Source: Clostridia bacterium
GTDB lineage: Bacteria > Bacillota > Clostridia > Christensenellales > Borkfalkiaceae
Reading direction: 5' to 3'
Length of the DNA stretch: 64,000 nucleotides
Assembly (NCBI GenBank): GCA_017467345.1
Contig: JAFTSI010000047.1
Location: 2,360 to 66,359, forward strand
In this document: piece by piece, positions 48,353 through 56,286 of the stretch
How positions within the stretch are numbered: the stretch's first letter is position 1
How the letters are laid out: each line of letters opens with the position of its first letter
The notes under the pieces: model-generated
Databases searched by the model: none
Seen by the model: the letters and a program-made list of their open reading frames with translations, nothing else
Told to the model about the DNA's origin: nothing
Translations under genes and position numbers: made by a program

Positions 48353-48458
48353 ACTTTCGCCTCCTTTGACTAAATTGTAATTGACAACCCAAAGTATTTA
48401 TAGTATTATAAATACAAAAATATGGTAATTTTGTATTTTTTTTACAACAAGGTAAGAT

Positions 48459-49298
48459 ATGGAAAGAATTAGTGAAGAGATAAAAAGTCTTTTAAAAGAC
48501 TTTTATGAACTTATGGGAATGAAGATAAGCGTGTTTGATTTAGAAGGCAACGAACTTGCATATTATCCTGATAAGTATAATCCATTTTGCGAAAGGGTAA
48601 GAAGTAATAGCGAACTTGATAAAGAGTGTATGCTATGCGACAAAAAGGCTATGGAAAAATGCCTAAAAACAGGCGAGCCTTGTATATATTCTTGCCACGC
48701 AGGGCTTTATGAGTGTTGGATTCCACTTAACTCTATAGACGGCATATCTGGGTTTATGACGCTTGGTCAAATAAAACGCCAAGATATATCGGTAGATGAA
48801 ATAATAAACTACCTAAAACCCTTTGGTGTTGGCGATAGTGAAGACATTAAAAAGGATTTAAGCCACCTTATAACTGTTGGCGAAGAAAAAATTAAGGCAA
48901 GCGCACACATACTATCGGCGTGTGTTTCGTATAGTAGCCTTAAAGAGTTTGTGGGTGGTGGAAACAAAACGCTTAAACACAGTATTGAAAGGTATATAAA
49001 AGAAAATCTTAATGGCGATTTATCCGTTGACAATTTAGAGCGCGTGTTTAGAATATCAAGGGTTTCACTTTATGGGCTTTTTAACGAATATTTTTCAACC
49101 ACTCCTGCAGAGTTTGTTAAGAGTAAAAGGCTTTACCACGCGAAAAAACTTATACTTACAACCGATATGCCTATAAGCAAGGTGGCAGAAGAGTGTGGAA
49201 TAGGTGATTACAACTACTTTTCAAAACTATTCAAAAAAGAGTTTAATGTTTCGCCAAGGCAACTTAAAAAAGATAAATTGTTAAAAAATGATAAATAA
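48459..49298 (+). CDS. PocR-sensor / AraC-HTH transcriptional regulator
   Basis: Cys-rich PocR-like N-domain (CERV...CMLCDKKAMEKC...IYSCHAGLYECWIPL) plus a C-terminal AraC HTH. Divergent from the sugar operon. Confidence 0.8.
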   Translation: MERISEEIKSLLKDFYELMGMKISVFDLEGNELAYYPDKYNPFCERVRSNSELDKECMLCDKKAMEKCLKTGEPCIYSCHAGLYECWIPLNSIDGISGFMTLGQIKRQDISVDEIINYLKPFGVGDSEDIKKDLSHLITVGEEKIKASAHILSACVSYSSLKEFVGGGNKTLKHSIERYIKENLNGDLSVDNLERVFRISRVSLYGLFNEYFSTTPAEFVKSKRLYHAKKLILTTDMPISKVAEECGIGDYNYFSKLFKKEFNVSPRQLKKDKLLKNDK

Positions 49299-49368
49299 TT
49301 AGCATATAGCCTTGAACGGCTAAAAATATTGTGCTACAATATTAATCTAAAATTAAGAAGGTAAAAAA

Positions 49369-50100
49369 ATGAACACATATTTACTTATCGCGTTAATAGT
49401 TTTAGGGGTAGTAATAGGTATTCCATTACTGTTTATCTTAACGCTTTTAATAAGTTCACTATTTATAAGCAAGAAAAAAGAATATTCAAAGCCAAGCAAG
49501 TTCTACACATTTATGATGCTAACAGCGCATAAGTTTGTATCGTGGTTTAGTGGCGCAAGAATAAAGGTTAGTGGATTAGAAAAGTTGCCAAAAGGCAGGT
49601 TTTTAATGGTATCAAACCACCGTTCAAACTTTGACCCTATTATAACTTACACCGTGCTTGGTAAATATGGCCTTGCATTTATCTCTAAGGAAGCAAACTT
49701 TAAAATACCATTTGTGGGTAGGCTAATAACAAGGCTATGTTATTTACCCATTAACCGTGAAGACCCAAGAAAGGCAATAACTGCCATAAATAAATCGGCA
49801 GGGCTAATTAAAAGTGATGCAGTTTCAATGCTTGTTTACCCAGAGGGAACAAGGAGCAAAACTTGTGAACTACTTCCTTTTCACGACGCGGTGTTTAAGA
49901 TTGCCCAAAAGGCACAAGTTCCCGTTGTTGTAATAACGGTTAAAAATACCGAAAAAATCCGTTCAAGATTTTTCTTTAGAAAAACAATTATTGAACTTGA
50001 TATTTTAGAAACTTTCCCCGTAGATTTTGTTAAAGAAAACAAAACTGTGGTGCTTGGCGAAAGGGCAAAAGAATTAATGCTAAATAACCTTGGCAAATAA
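49369..50100 (+). CDS. plsC: 1-acyl-sn-glycerol-3-phosphate acyltransferase
   Basis: N-terminal TM helix, NHRSNFDP (HX4D) and YPEGTRS motifs. Confidence 0.85.
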   Translation: MNTYLLIALIVLGVVIGIPLLFILTLLISSLFISKKKEYSKPSKFYTFMMLTAHKFVSWFSGARIKVSGLEKLPKGRFLMVSNHRSNFDPIITYTVLGKYGLAFISKEANFKIPFVGRLITRLCYLPINREDPRKAITAINKSAGLIKSDAVSMLVYPEGTRSKTCELLPFHDAVFKIAQKAQVPVVVITVKNTEKIRSRFFFRKTIIELDILETFPVDFVKENKTVVLGERAKELMLNNLGK

Positions 50101-50109
50101 AAAGTAAAT

Positions 50110-50143
50110 AAAAAAGCACTTGCATTTTGCAAGTGCTTTTTTT
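50110..50143. terminator. Bidirectional terminator
   Basis: Stem gcacttgc/gcaagtgc flanked by A6 and T7. Confidence 0.75.
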
Positions 50144-50154
50144 GTTTAGTTAAA

Positions 50155-52770
50155 TTACGATTTTTTTCTTAAAAGCAAGAATAACGAAGTTACGCAAATT
50201 GAAACGGTTATCGCTAATATGATTAAAACATTTCGCAATGTGTTGTTGCTAACACTTAAAAAACTATCTGCGCTAACATACCCTATAATATAATCGCCAT
50301 TAGAAAGGTATGCAATTTTTGCGTATGCATCAGTTTTTTCTAAAACCCTAACTTCCGTGCCTTCGGTAAGAGTGGTAAGTAGGGTAGTAAACCCACTTTC
50401 TAAATATACATTAGTGTTTTTAACCTTTCTAACAGTAAAGGTTGTTTCTGGGTAGTTTTGCGAAAGCACTTTCGCAGTAAACTTAACGGGTATGTATCCA
50501 GAATAGTTAGTTCCGTTTACATTTACCGTAGCATAATAAAAACTTGTTCCAAGAAACTCTATTGCACCGTTAACGGTAATTTTTGTGCCTTTATCTAATG
50601 TCAATATTTCGCTGTTTGCTTTAAGGGTGAATAACGCGTCTTGAGTGATAATAGGTAGGTAGTAAGCCCTAACACCTGTGGTGGTGTAAGCCGTGTTGGT
50701 GTTTGGGTCAAAGGTCTGCTTTTGCACGGCAAGTGCGTCAAGATTATTCATTAAATATATTTGAGTAAAACCACTTATGTCTTTACCTACAAGCAAAATA
50801 AAGTTTTCTTGCCTTGCGCCTAAACCTAAACTACTTTCAAAACTTTTAGAGTATTGATAGCCACATATAAACGCACCGTAAATGCTTTCATCTTGAATTA
50901 ACCCTTTATAGTTAAATGCGTTTCCATCTTGTTCAAGTGAATAAATGTTTGCGCCATCTTTTGCGCTATAAACTGCTAAGTCGTTAAGCGCAACACCATT
51001 TTCGCCGTCAATAACAAATTCGGTGGGAACGGTTATTTCATCAAGTGATAATGTGGGCAAATTTGATGAGTATGCCGTGTATTCTAAATCATCATAAATA
51101 AAGAACACTTTATTGCTTTCAAAACTCATTGCAAAAGAGTTTGCTTTAAGAGAAGTTTCAAGGCTAAACTCGTGCGCCTTGTTTTCTACTTGGTCGTAGT
51201 ATATAACCGAACTTTCTTTAAGTGCAAACAATCCACCTGTAAGGTCGGTAGCAAGTTTTTTAATGCCTGTGGGTGAGAGCGAAAGTTCCGTTCCTACCGT
51301 GTAGTCGGTTTTAGAATACTTAAAAATACAATTATCGTATTCGCTTGTTACAAAAACATTTTCAAACACGTCAACTGCAATTAACGGATAGTTAATGCTA
51401 TTAATGGTGGTGTCTATAATCTTATCAAAATCGGTAGAGAGTTCATTTGCAGAGTAAACTAACAATTTAAACTCTGGGTCGTCCCACTTTCTTTGTGAAA
51501 TAAAGTATTTTCCGTTTTGCCAAGTTACATCAGTAATTTGCGAATCGGTTGCGTTTTCGGTAAAACTAATAATATCCGAAAGCATTTTGTTTTCAAAATT
51601 ATATATTCTTGCCGTTTTAGCCGTTTTGTTAACAAGTAGCGCGCTGTTTTCGCCAAGCGCGAAAGTATCGGGAATAAAGGTATCGCCACTACTAAAAATT
51701 AAGTTTAGCGCAAAGTTTTCTCTATCAAACAAATTGCCGTTAATATCGTTTACAACAGTTAAAATCTTTTTAGAGTTATTAAGCACGGCAACTCTACCTG
51801 CATTAAACTCAATTTCGTTTGCCGATTTACCTATACGGTTATAAGCAGTTTTGCCAGTTGCAACTGCATATCCTGTGAATACTAAAGTGTTTTCGCTAAT
51901 CTTAAACTCTTGCAAAGTGTTTTCGGTGCTATCGCTAATAAGTAGGTTGCCACCCTTAAAGCATAAGCCAGAAGGAGTGGTAAGTTTGCCTAAATCGTAG
52001 CCCTCATCAATATCAACAACAAGTTTAACCGAAGTTTTGTTTTCAATGTCAACCCTATAAATACCATCAGAGCAAAGCGCGTAAATAAAGTTACCGTCGG
52101 TAATCATTTTTTGTGGCACAAGTGAAACAAGTTCGGTTTCAGTTTGCGATAAATCGGTTGACCTTTTGCAAAGTTTAGAAGAAGTGTTTACATAATAAAT
52201 AAACCCTTGGTTAATGCAAACAGGAGTTCCTGCAAGCACACCTGCCATAGTAGATTTATTTACTGCAACGCCGTTTTCAATAACATAAAGCAAGGTGTTT
52301 GATGAATAGTTTCCAACCAAAATACCATCTTTATAATCAAAAAGGTTACAAGTAACATTTTCTGCCTGATAGTTTAACACTTCTTTGGGGTAGCCATCAG
52401 TAGATAGGTCAATTTTATAAATCTTTGCTTCATCACTAATTAAAAGTGTGTTTTCATCAAGCCTTTTAATTTGTTGAAGAGAAGTAAAGGTTTCGCTTGA
52501 CTGAATAAATGCGCCACCATTTTTGCTAATTAAAAGTTCGTTGTTGTTTTGAATAACAGCGCAAATGCCGTTATCATACAAAACTTCTTGTGGTGAGTTG
52601 AGCGAAATATCGTATTCTAACTCAGTAGTAGGCAAAAACAATGTGCTATCAACAGAGTTAGTAGCATAAGCCTTTTGCCAGTTAAAGGCAAAAATAAACG
52701 ATAGGGCGCAAAGCACCGTTAAAATAGCAATAAATAAACTTTTTTTCTTAAACATATATATAGTATTCAT
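50155..52770 (-). CDS. Secreted 871-aa protein: beta-propeller-like repeats, two SH3b-like domains, C-terminal TM anchor
   Basis: Signal peptide MNTIYMFKKKSLFIAILTVLCALSFIFA. Repetitive beta-strand-rich body. C-terminal SH3b-like segments (...GYIPVKF, ...IGYVSADSF) are followed by ILAITVSICVTSLFLLLRKKS. Confidence 0.65.
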   Translation of the reverse strand: MNTIYMFKKKSLFIAILTVLCALSFIFAFNWQKAYATNSVDSTLFLPTTELEYDISLNSPQEVLYDNGICAVIQNNNELLISKNGGAFIQSSETFTSLQQIKRLDENTLLISDEAKIYKIDLSTDGYPKEVLNYQAENVTCNLFDYKDGILVGNYSSNTLLYVIENGVAVNKSTMAGVLAGTPVCINQGFIYYVNTSSKLCKRSTDLSQTETELVSLVPQKMITDGNFIYALCSDGIYRVDIENKTSVKLVVDIDEGYDLGKLTTPSGLCFKGGNLLISDSTENTLQEFKISENTLVFTGYAVATGKTAYNRIGKSANEIEFNAGRVAVLNNSKKILTVVNDINGNLFDRENFALNLIFSSGDTFIPDTFALGENSALLVNKTAKTARIYNFENKMLSDIISFTENATDSQITDVTWQNGKYFISQRKWDDPEFKLLVYSANELSTDFDKIIDTTINSINYPLIAVDVFENVFVTSEYDNCIFKYSKTDYTVGTELSLSPTGIKKLATDLTGGLFALKESSVIYYDQVENKAHEFSLETSLKANSFAMSFESNKVFFIYDDLEYTAYSSNLPTLSLDEITVPTEFVIDGENGVALNDLAVYSAKDGANIYSLEQDGNAFNYKGLIQDESIYGAFICGYQYSKSFESSLGLGARQENFILLVGKDISGFTQIYLMNNLDALAVQKQTFDPNTNTAYTTTGVRAYYLPIITQDALFTLKANSEILTLDKGTKITVNGAIEFLGTSFYYATVNVNGTNYSGYIPVKFTAKVLSQNYPETTFTVRKVKNTNVYLESGFTTLLTTLTEGTEVRVLEKTDAYAKIAYLSNGDYIIGYVSADSFLSVSNNTLRNVLIILAITVSICVTSLFLLLRKKS

Positions 52771-52974
52771 ACCCTTTATTTTACCATATAATTTAATATT
52801 TGTATATAATTTTCGTCAATTTTTTCTATTTTTCGCTTATTTTCCTTATAAATTAAAAATCCACCCCAAAAACCCAAAAAAACTCAAAAAATATTTGAAT
52901 TGTTGACTACCATATGTCATAAATAGCCGTTATTATATAGACAAAAAAGCGAACAAATGTTCGTAAAATCACAA

Positions 52975-53016
52975 ATTGTATTGCAAAAGGGGTGATTAGT
53001 CAAGTAGTATATGACA
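52975..53016 (-). promoter_or_regulatory. Minus-strand promoter with upstream TGTCATATACTAC element (drives 50155..52770)
   Basis: The minus strand reads TGTCATATACTAC-TTGACT, 17-nt spacer, TACAAT. Confidence 0.55.
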
Positions 53017-53026
53017 TAAAAATTGG

Positions 53027-53062
53027 TATTTTTGAACAAAAATATATTTTTGAACAAAAATA
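53027..53062. promoter_or_regulatory. Two perfect tandem copies of an 18-bp palindrome-containing unit (operator-like)
   Basis: TATTTTTGAACAAAAATA occurs twice (53027..53044 and 53045..53062). The arms ATTTTTG/CAAAAAT are inverted. The site lies just upstream of the -35 for 53149..53655. Confidence 0.6.
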
Positions 53063-53073
53063 GACATATATCG

Positions 53074-53103
53074 TTGACTTAATGAAAAAAACAATTTTAT
53101 AAT
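53074..53103 (+). promoter_or_regulatory. Promoter of 53149..53655
   Basis: TTGACT, 18-nt spacer, TATAAT. Confidence 0.55.
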
Positions 53104-53148
53104 TAGGCTAAAACTTTAAAAGTTAAGGGAAAAGGAAAGGTAAACATT

Positions 53149-53655
53149 ATGAACATTTACTACGCAAAATCTATATTATACGCATACTCATCTATTGATA
53201 AACTCACGGCTCAAATTGACGATATAGTTTTAAAGCACGCGTTGGCATCAATGAACAATTGTTCGCCCTGCTTTAAGCAATGCGATAAGATTGTGGCGTT
53301 TACAAATAAGAAGATTAGGCTAATGGAAATGAAAGATTTAGTTGAAAGAGCGCTTAACGAATATACGCAAGAAGAAATCACATTACTTGACTATAAGTAT
53401 TTTAGAATTAAGCCAAGAAGTGTATATAAAGATTTTGATTGCCATAGTAGGTCATATTTTAGAAAGCAAAACAAGTTAAGCCGAAAGTTTGCCGAAAATA
53501 TGGAAAGGTTTGGGCTAAACGATAAAAGGTATAAAGAGATTTATCTTTCAATGGATTTTTTCAAAGAACTATTAAAGCGCGTGATAGAACACGACTTAAT
53601 GAACAACAAAAACAAAAAAGCGCCTGTTAAAATGGCGCTTAAAAAATCGGCATAA
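53149..53655 (+). CDS. Hypothetical 168-aa protein; possible phage late-gene regulator (ArpU / sigma region-4-like)
   Basis: The size, the position upstream of the packaging genes and the C-terminal basic helical segment (SRSYFRKQNKLSRKFAENM) suggest this function. No firm motif. Confidence 0.35.
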   Translation: MNIYYAKSILYAYSSIDKLTAQIDDIVLKHALASMNNCSPCFKQCDKIVAFTNKKIRLMEMKDLVERALNEYTQEEITLLDYKYFRIKPRSVYKDFDCHSRSYFRKQNKLSRKFAENMERFGLNDKRYKEIYLSMDFFKELLKRVIEHDLMNNKNKKAPVKMALKKSA

Positions 53656-54378
53656 TTATTCGTATTCGTTTTCGTCATAGTAGTTAGTTTTTTCCTTTTG
53701 CCGTTTAGGTTTAAGGGCAACTACTAAGGCGATAATCCCAGCAAGCGCAAGGCAGGCGTAAACTGCAACTTTAAGCCCAAAATAATTATTTGGCTCATCA
53801 CTTTCAATCTTTTCTTCGCTTATATCTGGTTTAACTGTGGGCGTTTCAATAGAGTTAGGGTGGTTAGGGATAGAAAAGGGCAAAAGGGCATCTTCCTTAA
53901 TATACCCAAGTTTGCCGTTATAAGAAACAAAATAAACAGTAGGCGAATCGCCATTTTTATAGAAACCGTAGTAGTTCATACTGCGGTTTTTAAATAGGTA
54001 TTGAATAGGGTTAGAAAGTAAATGGTCGCTATAAAGTGTTGCGCTATCGCTTGTAGTTAAAGTTAAAAGTGGATAGCAATCGCTATCATCATCAAGGCTA
54101 TCTGGCGATAAAAACTCTTTTGGCACAAACCCATCAATTTTCGGCAAAGTGCTTGCGCCAAACTCTATGTGGTAGGCGTTTAAAGTTTCGCCAAGTTTCT
54201 TAACATAATAGGTTTTAGGCATATAGCAAATTAGGTTAGAAAGTTCTTGGTCATAGTAAACGGGCGCGTTGTCAAGGCTTATTAGTAGGTATTCGGCTTT
54301 ACCAACTGCTTTAACCGAAACACTTGAAAAGTTTAATGGCAAAAACACGGCTAAAAAAAATAAGAGTAGTTTTTTCAT
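53656..54378 (-). CDS. Secreted 240-aa protein with two SH3b-like segments and a C-terminal TM anchor
   Basis: Signal peptide MKKLLLFFLAVFLPLNFSSVSVKA and C-terminal helix VAVYACLALAGIIALVVAL. The GFVPKEFL and LGYIKEDAL ends resemble SH3b domains. Confidence 0.6.
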   Translation of the reverse strand: MKKLLLFFLAVFLPLNFSSVSVKAVGKAEYLLISLDNAPVYYDQELSNLICYMPKTYYVKKLGETLNAYHIEFGASTLPKIDGFVPKEFLSPDSLDDDSDCYPLLTLTTSDSATLYSDHLLSNPIQYLFKNRSMNYYGFYKNGDSPTVYFVSYNGKLGYIKEDALLPFSIPNHPNSIETPTVKPDISEEKIESDEPNNYFGLKVAVYACLALAGIIALVVALKPKRQKEKTNYYDENEYE

Positions 54379-54497
54379 AAGAGTTCCTTTTTTTAAAAAG
54401 TGATTAAACCTAATTATAAAAAAGTCAAAGTTAAATATAGTGCAATATTAAACGGAAAAAGGGTGATAATTGTCAAAATAAAAAATTAAAAATTGCT

Positions 54498-54538
54498 TGT
54501 CATATACCACTTGAAATACAAAAACCGTTTGATAAAAT
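54498..54538 (+). promoter_or_regulatory. Promoter of the terminase-capsid operon with upstream TGTCATATACCAC element
   Basis: TGTCATATACCAC-TTGAAA, 16-nt spacer, TAAAAT. Confidence 0.5.
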
Positions 54539-54555
54539 TCGGCTAAAGGTGAAAT

Positions 54556-55998
54556 ATGTTAGAAGTTAAAGGGTTAATCCAAAGAATAAACGATATAGAT
54601 AAAATACTTTCGGCAAGGAAATCGCTTGGCAACCTATCTAACTATAACTCTGGCGAAAAGGTTCACCAAAAGCAACTTGCCTTTCACAAATGCAAAAAGA
54701 AAAACCGTTGGGTATTCGGTGGCAACCGAAGTGGCAAAACAGAGTGTGGCGCAGTTGAAGTGGTGTATATGGCAAGGGGAATACACCCGTATAGAAAGAA
54801 GAAAGATGGAGTGTTTGGTTGTGTGGTATCGCTATCGCACCAAGTTCAAAGAGATGTGGAGCAAGCAAAAATACTGCATTACCTAAACCCATCTTGGATA
54901 GTAGATGTGAGTATGCTATCGGGCAAAAAAGAGAGTATGGAATATGGCGTAATAGACCAAATTCGCATACGCAATGTGTTTGGTGGAATAAGTGTTATAG
55001 GCTTTAAATCGTGCGACCAAGGCAGAGAAAAGTTTCAAGGCAGTTCGCTTGATTTTGTGTGGTTTGATGAAGAGCCACCAAAAGATATCTATGATGAGTG
55101 CCGTATGCGACTACTTGATAAAAAGGGCGAAATGTTCGGCACAATGACGCCACTTAAAGGGCTAACCTACATATATAACGAAATATACCTAAACGAAAGT
55201 GGTTCTAAAGAAGTGTGGTGTGAGTTTATGGAGTGGGCAGACAACCCCTTTTTAGACCAAGCCGAAGTGGAAAGCGTTTCAAGTTCGCTACCCGAAGATG
55301 AACTTGAAAGCAGAAGATATGGCAGGTTTAAATCGGGCACAGGGCTTGTGTATCCAGAGTTTGATGAAAACTTTCATGTGATTGACCCCATATCACTTCC
55401 AAAAGACTGGCAAGACACCTTGTCTATTGACCCAGGCTTAAATAACCCCCTATCTGCGCATTGGTATTCGGTTGACTATGACGGAAATATATATGTTGTT
55501 GCCGAACACTATCAAGCAGGCAAAGATGTGTTTTACCACGCCGAAAGAATTAAAGAGATATCGCGAAAGTTAGGCTGGAAAACAGATGGCAAGGGTAGAA
55601 TAAGCGCGCTAATTGATAGCGCGGCAAACCAAAAGACCTTGGCAGGCGTAAAAAGTGTTAGCGAACTGTTTTACGATTGCGGAATACTTGTAAACCCAAA
55701 TGTGAATAAAGATTTATTTAGTGGAATAGAGCGTGTTAAACGATATTTTAACAAAAAAAAGGGCTTGCCAAAAATATTCATATTTAAGTGTTGCGTAAAC
55801 CTTATTCGTGAACTTAAAGGCTACTTTTGGGGGAGTGGCGATAACCCTGTAAAAAAAGACGACCACTCACTTGATGAGTTAAGATACTATGTAATGACTA
55901 AACCTTCATTAGAGATGAAACCTACTGCAAAAACGGTGATACAAAAAGATAAGGAAAGGCTAATAAGGAAGATAGTAAATGAAAAGAAAAGAAGATAA
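54556..55998 (+). CDS. terL: Phage terminase large subunit
   Basis: Walker A GGNRSGKTECGA and Walker B DFVWFDEEP. C-terminal RNaseH-like nuclease region (LSIDPG..., ALIDSAA, DDHSLDELRY). Confidence 0.9.
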   Translation: MLEVKGLIQRINDIDKILSARKSLGNLSNYNSGEKVHQKQLAFHKCKKKNRWVFGGNRSGKTECGAVEVVYMARGIHPYRKKKDGVFGCVVSLSHQVQRDVEQAKILHYLNPSWIVDVSMLSGKKESMEYGVIDQIRIRNVFGGISVIGFKSCDQGREKFQGSSLDFVWFDEEPPKDIYDECRMRLLDKKGEMFGTMTPLKGLTYIYNEIYLNESGSKEVWCEFMEWADNPFLDQAEVESVSSSLPEDELESRRYGRFKSGTGLVYPEFDENFHVIDPISLPKDWQDTLSIDPGLNNPLSAHWYSVDYDGNIYVVAEHYQAGKDVFYHAERIKEISRKLGWKTDGKGRISALIDSAANQKTLAGVKSVSELFYDCGILVNPNVNKDLFSGIERVKRYFNKKKGLPKIFIFKCCVNLIRELKGYFWGSGDNPVKKDDHSLDELRYYVMTKPSLEMKPTAKTVIQKDKERLIRKIVNEKKRR

Positions 55999-56275
55999 AC
56001 AGGTAAAAGAGAAAGAAGATATCAACCGTGCGCTAATGAAAAAGGCGCTTGGCTACACGGCAGAAGAAACGGTGGAAGAATATTCAATGAAAGAAGATGG
56101 CGAAGTGTTGCTATCAAAAAAGAAGGTAACCAAAAAAAATGTTCCACCAGACATTACTGCCTTAAAGATTTTATTAGAAAGCAAAGAGCCAGAATTAAAC
56201 GAAATGACTGATGAACAACTTGAACAAGAGAAAATACGGCTCTTAAAAATATTAAGAGAAATTGAAAAGGCTTAA
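55979..56275 (+). CDS. Small charged 98-aa protein, possibly small-terminase-like
   Basis: Overlaps the terL stop. The KKVTKKNVPPDITALKILLESK segment resembles the ...PPD..A..FWLKNR motif of some Firmicute phage small terminases. Weak. Confidence 0.35.
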   Translation: MKRKEDKQVKEKEDINRALMKKALGYTAEETVEEYSMKEDGEVLLSKKKVTKKNVPPDITALKILLESKEPELNEMTDEQLEQEKIRLLKILREIEKA

Positions 56276-56286
56276 AAGGAGAAGAA

